64,000 bases of DNA from an uncultured Gammaproteobacteria bacterium (GCA_965230895.1 OZ246394.1:1185887-1249886), one strand, 5' to 3'; shown: positions 9,609-19,376, counted from the first letter of the stretch. Made by a program: numbers and translations. Notes: generated by a model from the letters alone, not told the origin.

Positions 9609-11993
9609 CTATAGTCTCGCTCTGGTAGCAATTTCGGTTTCGATAACGTCGACTGATCTTCCATACTTCAATCGTGATAGTTCTCGCACCAACTCTGCTA
9701 CTCGAGGATTTTCCATAGCCTTCTCTTTCTCAACATCCTTGGTCGTATCAAGTGAGAATGGACGAACAGGCTCACCATTTACGATCGTTCGCATATAACA
9801 ATTATATTTATCTACATTAATTAAATCCTGTTCACTGAAGATCGGTTGGAACTCATGCTGAAGATAATTTGCATCAGTTACACCAATACGGAAAGATGCG
9901 ATTGTACCAACGTTACCAAAGATAGCATTTTTAATTTCTTCTTCCATCTGTCCGATAAACTGATTTGCCACAATAAGATTCAAACGATACTTTCGAGCCT
10001 CGGAAAGAATTTGCGCAAAATCTGGCGTCGCAAAGTTTTGGAACTCGTCGACATAGAGGAAGAAGTCTTTACGATCTTCCTTATTTACAATATCTTGTCG
10101 AGACATCGCAGCAACGAGAATTTTAGGAACTAAAATTAACCCAAGAAAGCTCGCATTTTCTTCACCAATCTTACCTTTAGAAAGATTGATAAGAAGAATC
10201 TTTTGTTCATCCATAACCTTTCGGAAATTGAACGCACTATCAGACTGCCCAATGATATTACGAATCATTTTGTTGGTAACGAAACGTCCAAACTTTGATG
10301 TAATATAATCCAAGACTTCAGATTTGTGGAAGTCAGACGTCTGAGCAATCTGGTCTGTCCAATAGCGTCTAATAATCGGATCTTCAACCTTTGGCAATAA
10401 CTCTTGAACGAAGTTCTGATCTGTTAAGACACGCATAACCTCGATAAAGGTACTTCCCTTTTCATACATAACAGTAAGCATCGCGTTACGAACAGCATGC
10501 TCAAATCGTGGACCGATGATACCAGTTTTGTTAGGATCAAAAAGCTTATACATCAAACCAATGATTGAATTTACAACAAAATGTTTTTGTTGTTCAGTTT
10601 CTGCTTCAAGCATGTTAAAGCCCATCGGACGATCGGTGTCTGAAGGATCAAAAAGAATAACATCTTCTGCACGCTTTGGCGGCATCATTTTCATGATATC
10701 TTCAACTAAATCTCCGTGCGGATCAATAACAGCACAACCTTCACCATTCATAATGTCCTGCATAATCATGCTTTTAAGAAATTCTGTTTTACCTGTACCT
10801 GTTTTTCCAATAATATATGTGTGTCTGCGCCTATCATCCCGTTCAACAAAAACATTTCGGGATATTCCCCGGAACGTACTGCGTCCCAGAAACAGACCCG
10901 TTGTTGGGAGATTTGATGGTGCAGCAGAACGTTTTGCATTAAGCCAATGAATACCTGGAGTTGAGATAGATTTGTTTGGGAAATGATAAATACTTGCAAG
11001 CTCTTCTGTCGTCAGAACAGAAGTCTGCCGAAACATTGGGAAATATCGATAGATGAAATCATTCATAAATAACCCTTTGTGGAATAATTCGCGCTTCTTG
11101 AACGCATTGCTTCCATTAAATTGGCCAAATGCCCCAAAGATATTTGAAAGATGAGCTTTTGCTGCAGCTTCTGTCTTTGCACACACAACAATACGAATGG
11201 TTGTATGAAAGCCTGCCTTACTTAATTTATTTTCGACAGCTTCCATTTCTTTCGCGTCTGTCTTATAACTAGCTTTTTCTGGATTAGATTCATTCTTTTT
11301 AAGACCTGCTAGATATGTTCTGCCTGCTTTCACCCATTTTGCATCTGCAGGTTTAATTAAAATTTGTATTGCTGCACCTTCGCCTTCTTGCATCTTGGCA
11401 AGAACTGATGTGATCGAAGACATAGGATCAACTGCAAGATCTTTGTATACCTTTATTGGCATGTAATCACTTGATTTTAAGTCTGTGTAAAGGAAAGCAA
11501 CTTTACCATCATCAGAAAAGATATTATATTCGGTACCAATTACGCCACCATCACGTTGTTTTGCAGCAGGATCATTAACAGGGACGATATCGGCTTCAGG
11601 ATATGCACCATTTATCTGTTTCTCGACGAAGTCACGATACTTTTGAGGAACATGGACGTAATATCGGATATCTCCGGGAAGACCAACAATCTCAAATGAA
11701 AGATGAGGTTGTGGTTTGAAGTTTTCAAATTTCCCACTTCCACGAATCGACGTAAGACTTGCAAACATTTGCTGAGCTGCATCAATCTTTGTATCATTAT
11801 CGCGTGGAACTGTCACTTGTAACAAGACTGAATTGAGAGAATCTGCTTCCCGAGTATGATGTCTTAAGTATAAAACGACTGCCCAATACAAAGCCCAAAA
11901 GAATCCAGCAAGAAACCCAAGCAATAAGACAATTCCGACAAGGGATGCCATAGCAACAAAGATATTATCGACTGTTAATACTGGTAATTCCAT
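9609..11993 (-). CDS. VirD4/TraG/TrwB-like coupling ATPase
   Basis: HTYIIGKTGTGKT, IDPHGD, LYVDEFQNF, SEARKY, ANQ motifs; N-terminal TM. Confidence 0.88.
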   Translation of the reverse strand: MELPVLTVDNIFVAMASLVGIVLLLGFLAGFFWALYWAVVLYLRHHTREADSLNSVLLQVTVPRDNDTKIDAAQQMFASLTSIRGSGKFENFKPQPHLSFEIVGLPGDIRYYVHVPQKYRDFVEKQINGAYPEADIVPVNDPAAKQRDGGVIGTEYNIFSDDGKVAFLYTDLKSSDYMPIKVYKDLAVDPMSSITSVLAKMQEGEGAAIQILIKPADAKWVKAGRTYLAGLKKNESNPEKASYKTDAKEMEAVENKLSKAGFHTTIRIVVCAKTEAAAKAHLSNIFGAFGQFNGSNAFKKRELFHKGLFMNDFIYRYFPMFRQTSVLTTEELASIYHFPNKSISTPGIHWLNAKRSAAPSNLPTTGLFLGRSTFRGISRNVFVERDDRRRHTYIIGKTGTGKTEFLKSMIMQDIMNGEGCAVIDPHGDLVEDIMKMMPPKRAEDVILFDPSDTDRPMGFNMLEAETEQQKHFVVNSIIGLMYKLFDPNKTGIIGPRFEHAVRNAMLTVMYEKGSTFIEVMRVLTDQNFVQELLPKVEDPIIRRYWTDQIAQTSDFHKSEVLDYITSKFGRFVTNKMIRNIIGQSDSAFNFRKVMDEQKILLINLSKGKIGEENASFLGLILVPKILVAAMSRQDIVNKEDRKDFFLYVDEFQNFATPDFAQILSEARKYRLNLIVANQFIGQMEEEIKNAIFGNVGTIASFRIGVTDANYLQHEFQPIFSEQDLINVDKYNCYMRTIVNGEPVRPFSLDTTKDVEKEKAMENPRVAELVRELSRLKYGRSVDVIETEIATRARL

Positions 11994-11997
11994 ATAT

Positions 11998-12618
11998 TTA
12001 ATTCCAAAATTTTATCAATTTATTTTCTTGTTTCTCTTCTTTTGTTTTCCCATGGGTTGGGTCTAGCTTTCTCCACACGTACATAACAAGCTCTGCTAAC
12101 CAATGTTTTGAATCGTTAAGTTTTGGATGTTGCTTCTCTTCAGCAACAGCCTGCTCAAAAGTCATTGGTAGTGATTTTACATTAAACACATTTTCATCAA
12201 TCGGTATACCTGGGCCGGAATGAGTCACTCCAGCCGCTTTTACTGCTTCGGACAGTTTCGGTTTATCAAGATCAGGTGTCTTTTCAATAATATTTTCGAC
12301 ACTTGATTCAACCTTCAGCTCCGGAGTTGTAGGTTGAACTTCAACTCGCTTGATTTCGGCAGTATTTTGAACAGGCTTAGTTGAAACTTCCTGTCTTGCT
12401 GGTTGGACATCTGCCTGATCTTCTGAAGATGCCACCGATACTGGACCTTGCTCCGGATGAACAGAAATTGCCTGTGGCGGAGTAGGAATTGATTGTATCA
12501 CAGGTTCAGATGGGGACATAGTTCCTGCCGAAATTGTTGGTGCAGGAGGTTGACCCCGGCCAGATATCATTGCCTGAGCACTTGGAGTACTCTGGACAGG
12601 AGATGTACTTGGATCCAT
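11998..12618 (-). CDS. Hypothetical Pro-rich protein co-transcribed with coupling ATPase
   Basis: 206-aa ORF, TAAGAT-N6-ATG, 4 bp from next gene. Confidence 0.7.
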   Translation of the reverse strand: MDPSTSPVQSTPSAQAMISGRGQPPAPTISAGTMSPSEPVIQSIPTPPQAISVHPEQGPVSVASSEDQADVQPARQEVSTKPVQNTAEIKRVEVQPTTPELKVESSVENIIEKTPDLDKPKLSEAVKAAGVTHSGPGIPIDENVFNVKSLPMTFEQAVAEEKQHPKLNDSKHWLAELVMYVWRKLDPTHGKTKEEKQENKLIKFWN

Positions 12619-12675
12619 ATATAAATCTTAACACGTTAAGGCTATGGTAGCAATGAAATGAACCTAACAAAAACG

Positions 12676-12819
12676 TTACAAGACTATCTCACCTGGTTTC
12701 CACCCACACTCAGGACATGCAGTTAACTCCCCACACTGAATTTGAGAGACAGCATGATCATCAGCCTCCCATTTACATTGTCTACAAATAATTTTATAGC
12801 AAAGCTTACAATCTTCCAT
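12676..12819 (-). CDS. Small Cys-rich (zinc-ribbon-like) protein, 47 aa, not in ORF track
   Basis: MEDCKLCYKIICRQCKWEADDHAVSQIQCGELTACPECGWKPGEIVL; ATG 1 nt after upstream stop; three CxxC. Confidence 0.7.
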   Translation of the reverse strand: MEDCKLCYKIICRQCKWEADDHAVSQIQCGELTACPECGWKPGEIVL

Positions 12820-12820
12820 A

Positions 12821-14206
12821 TTAATCACAACTTATCCCAGATTCCTCAGCATATGCTTCTTTTGTCAAACCACACCCTGGGCAACTATTCCCGACTGGCC
12901 CATCAGCTTTAAATGAACATTTAGGGCAGGAGAACCACTCTTGTCCTTCAGGTGCTTTCTTTCCAAATTGGGAAACGCTATTCAACATTGCATTCACATT
13001 GTTTCCACCAATCTTTACACCTGCAGATTTACCACAACCAACTTCTCTCTCTTCAGCTTGCTCATGCCCATGACGTTGGGCAAGTGTAGCCATATATCTG
13101 TAAGCATCTTCATGCAGTTTTTTATTTTTTGATTCAAAGATAACATGCTCTTCTCCATCTATATGCATAGTAGCTCGTTCTGAGCTTAATAGCATGATAT
13201 TGTAAGCACGAGCTATTGCTTCAGGATCAAAAGCATCCTTCGTAATTTGATCAAGGAGATAGAGTTTGTATGGTAAATATAATTTGTCTAATTTTTGCCA
13301 TTCTTCTTCTTCCATTGCACCAACATCTTCGGCAAAATATTTCTGAAAAACAGTATCTATAGTTTGGCCTTCTTGCTCCGGAATTATCAACGGATTCTCC
13401 AGATACCATGCATCTAATGGTATTTGCTTTCCAGTCGTTTGTTCACGTTCAGCTTTCCGCTCAAAGAAATGAGGATCCAGTCGTTGTGCAATTGAGACAT
13501 AATCAGTTGTATCAACAGAAGATGCATATCGAACATAATTAATAATTCGATCTCCAGTTTCAGGATCTATTGCAGATTGATACCCGTCAATAAAATTATG
13601 CATATAAGGGCTATCAGCTACTTCGCTTGGTGCAGAAATAACCATAAGTGTAGTACCAACAGGTGTTTGAGGATCAGTTAAAGTATCTTGAATTCTTAAA
13701 AACCCGTCTATCTCAGCTTTTTCACGAACGAGATCATTTGAGCCATTTCGTTCACGGTAAACTCTTCCTCTTTCTAAAACATTTTCATATGGTTCAGGAA
13801 ATGCTTCATATCTGACTTTCTTTTCTGAGTCTATTGTAAGTGTTAATCGGCTTTCTTTGGTATTGTGCCGTTCACGAAGTGCAGTCGTAATATTGTTAAA
13901 TTCTTCATTGCGGAAGCTTTCTTTCTCCTCTTCAGAACGTGCTCTTTCAAATCCCCATCGCGCAAGTACAGGATTATAGTTGTCCAATGTTCCAGAACGG
14001 TCTTCAGGAAGATTTAATGCTTTATTCCATCTTTTCTGGAGGCTTTTAACTCCTTCCAATTCACTTTCAGCGTTTTGAGCAAGGACTGCATCTATTCTGG
14101 AAATCGTAGCATCAGCTTTTGCAGTGACCAAACGTGATGTATAAGCTTTCCGTTGAGGGAATCTAAATTCCTCGGCATATGAACGTCTCGACATTCTTTC
14201 TTGCAT
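12821..14206 (-). CDS. Hypothetical protein with C-terminal zinc ribbon, downstream of cobalamin riboswitch
   Basis: 461-aa ORF; CPKC...CPGC near C-terminus; no other family recognised. Confidence 0.8.
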   Translation of the reverse strand: MQERMSRRSYAEEFRFPQRKAYTSRLVTAKADATISRIDAVLAQNAESELEGVKSLQKRWNKALNLPEDRSGTLDNYNPVLARWGFERARSEEEKESFRNEEFNNITTALRERHNTKESRLTLTIDSEKKVRYEAFPEPYENVLERGRVYRERNGSNDLVREKAEIDGFLRIQDTLTDPQTPVGTTLMVISAPSEVADSPYMHNFIDGYQSAIDPETGDRIINYVRYASSVDTTDYVSIAQRLDPHFFERKAEREQTTGKQIPLDAWYLENPLIIPEQEGQTIDTVFQKYFAEDVGAMEEEEWQKLDKLYLPYKLYLLDQITKDAFDPEAIARAYNIMLLSSERATMHIDGEEHVIFESKNKKLHEDAYRYMATLAQRHGHEQAEEREVGCGKSAGVKIGGNNVNAMLNSVSQFGKKAPEGQEWFSCPKCSFKADGPVGNSCPGCGLTKEAYAEESGISCD

Positions 14207-14350
14207 AAAAAAACTCCTCGCTTCGGAGGAGTTGCATGAAAAACTGCTTCTGCTCCGGAAGACTTAAAGGGGCTCTGGCTCGATTTGAAAACAAACCTTA
14301 CAGTTGCGGCACAGCTTAGGATTTTCACCTAATTCACCCACCAATTATTT
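14207..14350 (-). promoter_or_regulatory. Cobalamin riboswitch with expression-platform hairpin
   Basis: Minus strand GGGTGAATTAGGTGAAAATCCTAAGCTGTGCCGCAACTGT...GAGCCAGA (B12 box), then hairpin AACTCCTC/GAGGAGTT + T tract abutting ATG. Confidence 0.85.
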
Positions 14351-14887
14351 CTTAATCCATTTAATCTCTTTTTGTTTTTCCTGATGATTAATATATCGCG
14401 CGAGTGTAAATAACAAGTCAGAAAGACGGTTGAGGTAAATAAGAATTGCCTGATCAACTTCTTCCTTTTCAGCCAAAGTAACGACTCTTCTCTCTGCACG
14501 TCGTGCAAATGTCCTTGCAACATGAATGAGTGAGCCTGATTTACTACCTCCAGGCAGAATAAAATTCTTTAGCTCAGGAAGTTTCTTTGTTAATGAATCA
14601 ATCAAAATTTCAAACTCCTGTGGACGCTTTTCCAAACCAATCACAGGAATCGGATATGGAGTTGCAAGTGTAGATCCGATTGCAAAAAGATCATGCTGAA
14701 TTGATTCAAGCTCTTTTGCAACCATTCTATACCTGCTCTTTGGAAGGAACGCCAATGTTTGCCCTAAAACACTATTTAATTCATCGACTGCGGCATAAGT
14801 CTCAACCCGTTCATGGGATTTCGCTACACGAGTTCCATCAAAAAGTGATGTTGTCCCTTTATCTCCTGTTCTTGTATAAATTGGCAT
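14345..14887 (-). CDS. pduO: ATP:cob(I)alamin adenosyltransferase, PduO type
   Basis: IYTRTGDKGTT, FILPGG, ARRAERR, YLNRLSD motifs; start MPIYT. Confidence 0.95.
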   Translation of the reverse strand: MPIYTRTGDKGTTSLFDGTRVAKSHERVETYAAVDELNSVLGQTLAFLPKSRYRMVAKELESIQHDLFAIGSTLATPYPIPVIGLEKRPQEFEILIDSLTKKLPELKNFILPGGSKSGSLIHVARTFARRAERRVVTLAEKEEVDQAILIYLNRLSDLLFTLARYINHQEKQKEIKWIKK

Positions 14888-15005
14888 AAAAAAATCCTTC
14901 CGTGCAGAAGGATTTCTCAAAAGCTCCTGCGCGGGATAAAATGTTTTCTGACTATCACAGTTGCGGCACAGCCATGGAATTTCACCATGATTTCCTCTTT
15001 AATTG
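14888..15005 (-). promoter_or_regulatory. Cobalamin riboswitch (compact) with expression-platform hairpin
   Basis: Minus strand GAGGAAATCATGGTGAAATTCCATGGCTGTGCCGCAACTGTGATAGTCAGA, then AAATCCTTC/GAAGGATTT + T tract abutting pduO ATG. Confidence 0.85.
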
Positions 15006-15009
15006 TCTC

Positions 15010-17466
15010 TTAGCATTCAGAATAACCACATGCGTAGCATTTCTTGCAACCTTCTTCGTAAGCGAAACTTCCTGATCCACATTCTGGGCAAATATCAAAG
15101 AGCGATGTTGAAGAACTTGATGCTTCCATTCCTGTTTGTGGAAGTGCAAGTTGGTTTACAACAACTTCTTCTTCGCCCGTTACAACTGCATCTGCTTTGA
15201 TAGGTGTTGTGACACCGTTAGCATGGCCGTTTCCATTCCCGTTTGCAAGAACTGCTTGTGCAGGTGTGTACGAAGCTTTATCTTCAACCTTGCCATTAAC
15301 TCTAAATTCACAATGTCGTGCAAGAACTTTAGAAATAGCATCAGGCAATGAACGAACTCTGTTCTCACCAAATCCACTCGATCGTGAACCTCCGATGCCA
15401 GCCAATTCTGACACAATCTCGCGGACCCGCTCCCGGGCAGGAACCGGACTGTGGATACGTAACACAAAGGATACCATCCGGCCGAGCGCGTCCGCGAGGG
15501 CCATTAAATCAGAACCGCTTTTCCCGTGATTGATGAAGACTTCAAAGAGGTCGCCCTTTTCGTCCTGATTGATGGTGACATATAATTTACCAGTTGGACT
15601 ATCAGCTTTGTATGTAACTCCAGTCAACATCATTGGTCTTGGGACACGTGGAGTTACTGGAACAACTGGTTCTTGTACTACTGGAACTTCGACTTTCGCT
15701 TCTTTCTTTTCTTCTCGCTGCAGAACTCCGGTTCGTGATCCATCTCGGAAATAGGTAACCCCTTTAAGACCATTATCATATGCTGACATATAGAGATTTT
15801 TAACATCTTCGACAGTATGATGACTTGGTGCATTTACAGTCTTTGATATTGATGAATCAATATATTCTTGCGCAACTGTTTGGATCTTTACATGATCTTC
15901 AGGTGATAAATCATTTGCTCCTACAAAATAATCTGGTCTTTCAGCATCAGGATGCGATTCCTTCCATTCGCCATACAATCCGTGATAAACCATTTGCTTA
16001 CCCAAGCGACCGTTATGTGAGTATTCAAATTCATAGACTGGTTCTACGCCACTTGAAACTGCTGCGATAAGACTTGTTGTGCCTGTTGGAGCAATTGTCA
16101 AAAGTACAGCATTTCGGATTCCCTGCTTGTAGATCTTCTCGCGAATTTCTTCTGGTAATGCTTGAATATGATATCCCTGGAGATATTTATCTCGATCATA
16201 CTTCAAGAATGAACCTTTTTCTTTTGCTATATCCGCTGACGCAATATATGCATTGTCTCGAAGTGCTGCAAAGATCTTCTTTGACACTTCTTCTGACTCT
16301 TTTGATCCGTAGCGGATCTTCATCTTGATGAAGGTATCTGCAATTCCCATGATTCCCAATCCAGTTCGGCGAATATCTTTTGCAACTTTTTCGTTTTCTT
16401 TAAAGAAGTAATAGGTATCGTCGATAACATTGTCGAGGAAACGCATCGCAACTTGGACGTCTTTACCAAACGCTTCATAATCAAACCAACCTGCTTGATC
16501 ATTCTTAAGATCAGCATCTTTTACATACGCGGCCAAATTCATCGCACCTAAGTTACAAACTGCCCAACCTCCAAGTGGTTGTTCTCCGCAAGGGTTTGTT
16601 GCGAGTAATTTTTCGAAATACCAAGTGTTTGATCTTTTGTTAGAACGATCTAAGAAGTGAAGACCTGGCTCAGCAGATTTCCATGCAGCTGTACAAATAA
16701 GATCCCAAAGTTCTTTTGCTTGTACTGTCTTGTAAACTTTAACTTTACCGCCATTTGCTTTCCAACTTCGGAGGTCCCCGTCCCAATCTTTATCATAATT
16801 TGGATCACTCAAATCTGGGTAAACAAGATCCCATGGCTTATCAGCTTTGACTGCCTCCATAAATTCATCTGAAACACAGACGGAAAGGTTTGCTCCATTG
16901 ATCTTTGTTAAATCTTCTTTAACAGTGATGAATTCTTCAATATCTGGATGCCAGTCCCAAAGCATAAGCATTGTAGCTCCACGTCGTGATCCGCCTTGTT
17001 GCACAATATCATGTGTTGCTACAGAGAAAAGGGTCGCCCAGTTGATAGGTCCTGATGAAGTTCCATTTACTTTCTTAACGCGTGATCCTCGTGGTCGAAG
17101 TGATGAAAGATTAAGGCCAACTCCGCCTGCTCGTGATTGAATTTCGATGAGTTGCCCGAGTGATTCGAGGATTCCATGTCGTGAATCTTTTGGACTTGGG
17201 ATAACGAAACAATTGAAGTAAGTAACTTGGTATCCAGTACCAGCTCCTGAAAGGATACGTCCACCTGGAACAAATTTGAAATCCTCAAGGACTCGATAGA
17301 ATTCACCTTCCCATTTTGCTTGCTTAGATTTTTTCTCTTGTGCAGCGATACCTTTTGCAACTCTTCTCCACATTTCTTCAGGTGTGTTTTCAAGAAGTTC
17401 TCCTTCTACACCTTTAAGAGCATATCTATCTAAAAATACTTTTTGTCTTACGCCTTCAAATTTCAT
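15010..17466 (-). CDS. nrdJ: Adenosylcobalamin-dependent (class II) ribonucleotide reductase
   Basis: NCFV, TNPCGEQ, CNLG, IAPTGT, TYFRDGSR; TSCPD-like domain and C-terminal CPEC..EGCKKCYACGYSEC. Confidence 0.95.
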   Translation of the reverse strand: MKFEGVRQKVFLDRYALKGVEGELLENTPEEMWRRVAKGIAAQEKKSKQAKWEGEFYRVLEDFKFVPGGRILSGAGTGYQVTYFNCFVIPSPKDSRHGILESLGQLIEIQSRAGGVGLNLSSLRPRGSRVKKVNGTSSGPINWATLFSVATHDIVQQGGSRRGATMLMLWDWHPDIEEFITVKEDLTKINGANLSVCVSDEFMEAVKADKPWDLVYPDLSDPNYDKDWDGDLRSWKANGGKVKVYKTVQAKELWDLICTAAWKSAEPGLHFLDRSNKRSNTWYFEKLLATNPCGEQPLGGWAVCNLGAMNLAAYVKDADLKNDQAGWFDYEAFGKDVQVAMRFLDNVIDDTYYFFKENEKVAKDIRRTGLGIMGIADTFIKMKIRYGSKESEEVSKKIFAALRDNAYIASADIAKEKGSFLKYDRDKYLQGYHIQALPEEIREKIYKQGIRNAVLLTIAPTGTTSLIAAVSSGVEPVYEFEYSHNGRLGKQMVYHGLYGEWKESHPDAERPDYFVGANDLSPEDHVKIQTVAQEYIDSSISKTVNAPSHHTVEDVKNLYMSAYDNGLKGVTYFRDGSRTGVLQREEKKEAKVEVPVVQEPVVPVTPRVPRPMMLTGVTYKADSPTGKLYVTINQDEKGDLFEVFINHGKSGSDLMALADALGRMVSFVLRIHSPVPARERVREIVSELAGIGGSRSSGFGENRVRSLPDAISKVLARHCEFRVNGKVEDKASYTPAQAVLANGNGNGHANGVTTPIKADAVVTGEEEVVVNQLALPQTGMEASSSSTSLFDICPECGSGSFAYEEGCKKCYACGYSEC

Positions 17467-17942
17467 AATGTTGGTTTAGTTATTTTTCTTTTTGCCACAG
17501 ATAATTCTTTAACTTCTTTTTCAAAGTCTCCGGCTTCAACAAAGCGCTTAAATACACTCGCAAAACGAATATACGCAACTTTGTCTAACTGCTTTAATCG
17601 GGAGGCAACTATTTCGCCGATTAGTTCACTCTTAACCTCAAGTGAGCCCATTGTTCGTAGCTCACGGCTTACTTCATTGATGATTTTTTCAATCACACTC
17701 GCCGGAACTACGGTTTTCTCACATGATTTTAAAAGTCCAGTTTTTAATTTTTCCCGGTTAAATTGCTCTCTGCGTCCGTCCCGTTTGATTACAATTAGTT
17801 GTACATGCTCGACTCGTTCATAAGTCGTAAATCGCTTGCAACATGCCAGGCAAGCTCTTCTCCTTCGAATCGTGTCCATGTCCGAGCTATCACGTGTCTC
17901 TACAACCTCTGAATCCTTGCTTCCACAGTACGGGCAGTGCAT
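17463..17942 (-). CDS. nrdR: Transcriptional repressor NrdR
   Basis: MHCPYC...RRRRAC..C..RFTTYE, ATP cone, AYIRFASV. Confidence 0.97.
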   Translation of the reverse strand: MHCPYCGSKDSEVVETRDSSDMDTIRRRRACLACCKRFTTYERVEHVQLIVIKRDGRREQFNREKLKTGLLKSCEKTVVPASVIEKIINEVSRELRTMGSLEVKSELIGEIVASRLKQLDKVAYIRFASVFKRFVEAGDFEKEVKELSVAKRKITKPTL

Positions 17943-17993
17943 ATAACCTTTCTATTGAAGTGAATCTTATATGCCTCTAAGATCGGCTCTTCA

Positions 17994-18040
17994 ATAACAT
18001 ATCTAGTGCTATAAAAACGATACACCACTACATCTATAGC
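17994..18040. promoter_or_regulatory. Tandem NrdR boxes
   Basis: ATAACATATCTAGTGC (17994) and CCACTACATCTATAGC (18025) resemble acaCwAtATaTwGtg, 31 bp apart, upstream of nrdR-nrdJ. Confidence 0.7.
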
Positions 18041-18155
18041 GTCAACTATAAAGAACTGTATCAAAATAATCACTAGCTTCAACTGTATACATTTATATCA
18101 TCGTTTTCTTACACTGAATTTAAGGGAAAATAAAGAATGTTGATTTTGCTTATTT

Positions 18156-18695
18156 TTAATTGTTGAGGAGTGCTGCTGATAATGAAGATATTTGCTCTGC
18201 TCGTTGCTTTGCTTGGTTATATTTTTCTTGATCTTGAGAACGCAACGATTGCTCAAGCTCTTTTAACGCCAAACTATGCCTTTTGGTTGCTTTATTAATT
18301 CGCTCAGACAGTTCTTTAATGTTCATTCCCTCTTTCTGTGCTGCTTTCGCCTGAGTAATTGCATCCTCCAGATGCTGTTGTCCACTTGCTAGGGTTCCAC
18401 TAGCAAGTTCCGGATCATTTTTTTGCGTTATTAAAATATGTGTTGCTGCAAATTGCTTATCTGCCTGTAATAAGGCAAAATCAGCTTTTTCTAAAGGTTT
18501 TCCTTTAAAAAAGCTAACTAAATTATCTCGTGTTACTTTAAGAAAGTATAATGGATGATCAGGCAATAAACCCGTATATACTTCATCATATGCTGCAGAA
18601 TTAGAGGACACTTCTTCTGCAGAAACAGACGTCGTTGCAGTTTGAGAAATAAAAATGATAAGTAGACAACTTATTATGTATTTTAGATTTTTCAT
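18156..18695 (-). CDS. Secreted helical protein (DUF5667-like)
   Basis: Signal peptide, GLLPDHPLYFLK motif. Confidence 0.75.
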   Translation of the reverse strand: MKNLKYIISCLLIIFISQTATTSVSAEEVSSNSAAYDEVYTGLLPDHPLYFLKVTRDNLVSFFKGKPLEKADFALLQADKQFAATHILITQKNDPELASGTLASGQQHLEDAITQAKAAQKEGMNIKELSERINKATKRHSLALKELEQSLRSQDQEKYNQAKQRAEQISSLSAALLNN

Positions 18696-18698
18696 ATG

Positions 18699-19283
18699 TT
18701 ATTTTACCTTTAGTGCTTGTAAAACAAGTTCTAAACTTTCTTCTTGGTTATGCGAAAAACTATTGACCATTAAGTCATAATATTTCTTATCCCAGTAAAT
18801 CCAATTTTGGTCATTATTAACATATAATCTCCTCCATTTTGCAAGATTACCATGTTCACGATCTCGGACATCCATTTTTGCTTCTTCAACAGAGATATTT
18901 TTTCTATTTACCAAACGGTCTATGCGAACATCTTGTTTGTCTTCACCGTCTTCTTCGCAAATGACACCGATCTTAAATACATTAGGTATATCTTGAGCAA
19001 AAAAACCAGCTAAATGACTTTGAACCACTGCATGCTTGTCACTGCGTATCATCTCTTTTAACTTGTCGTCAAACCATAACTCATGACTATCTGGACGAGC
19101 ATTTACATCAACTTCATTTCCATGCAATTCTTCTTTGTAGAACTTTTCAACGAGTGCTCCTCCTTCCCAGAAGCTCCAACCCAGGTGATCTGCTATTTTT
19201 TGTGCCAATGTCGTAGCCCCAGTGGCAATGCGGCCTGAAACAGTAATAAGTCTAATATCAGGTATATCAACAGGTTTTATCAT
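18699..19283 (-). CDS. Cytidylate kinase-like protein
   Basis: ITVSGRIATGATTLA P-loop region, SHLAG, YDL motif; Walker A Lys absent. Confidence 0.7.
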   Translation of the reverse strand: MIKPVDIPDIRLITVSGRIATGATTLAQKIADHLGWSFWEGGALVEKFYKEELHGNEVDVNARPDSHELWFDDKLKEMIRSDKHAVVQSHLAGFFAQDIPNVFKIGVICEEDGEDKQDVRIDRLVNRKNISVEEAKMDVRDREHGNLAKWRRLYVNNDQNWIYWDKKYYDLMVNSFSHNQEESLELVLQALKVK

Positions 19284-19376
19284 AAGATGTAAAAACAAAA
19301 ATCAAAACTTAAAAATAAGAGATGAATAGTATTATACTATACATCTTTGCTACTTATAACTTCTGATTTTAGTGTT

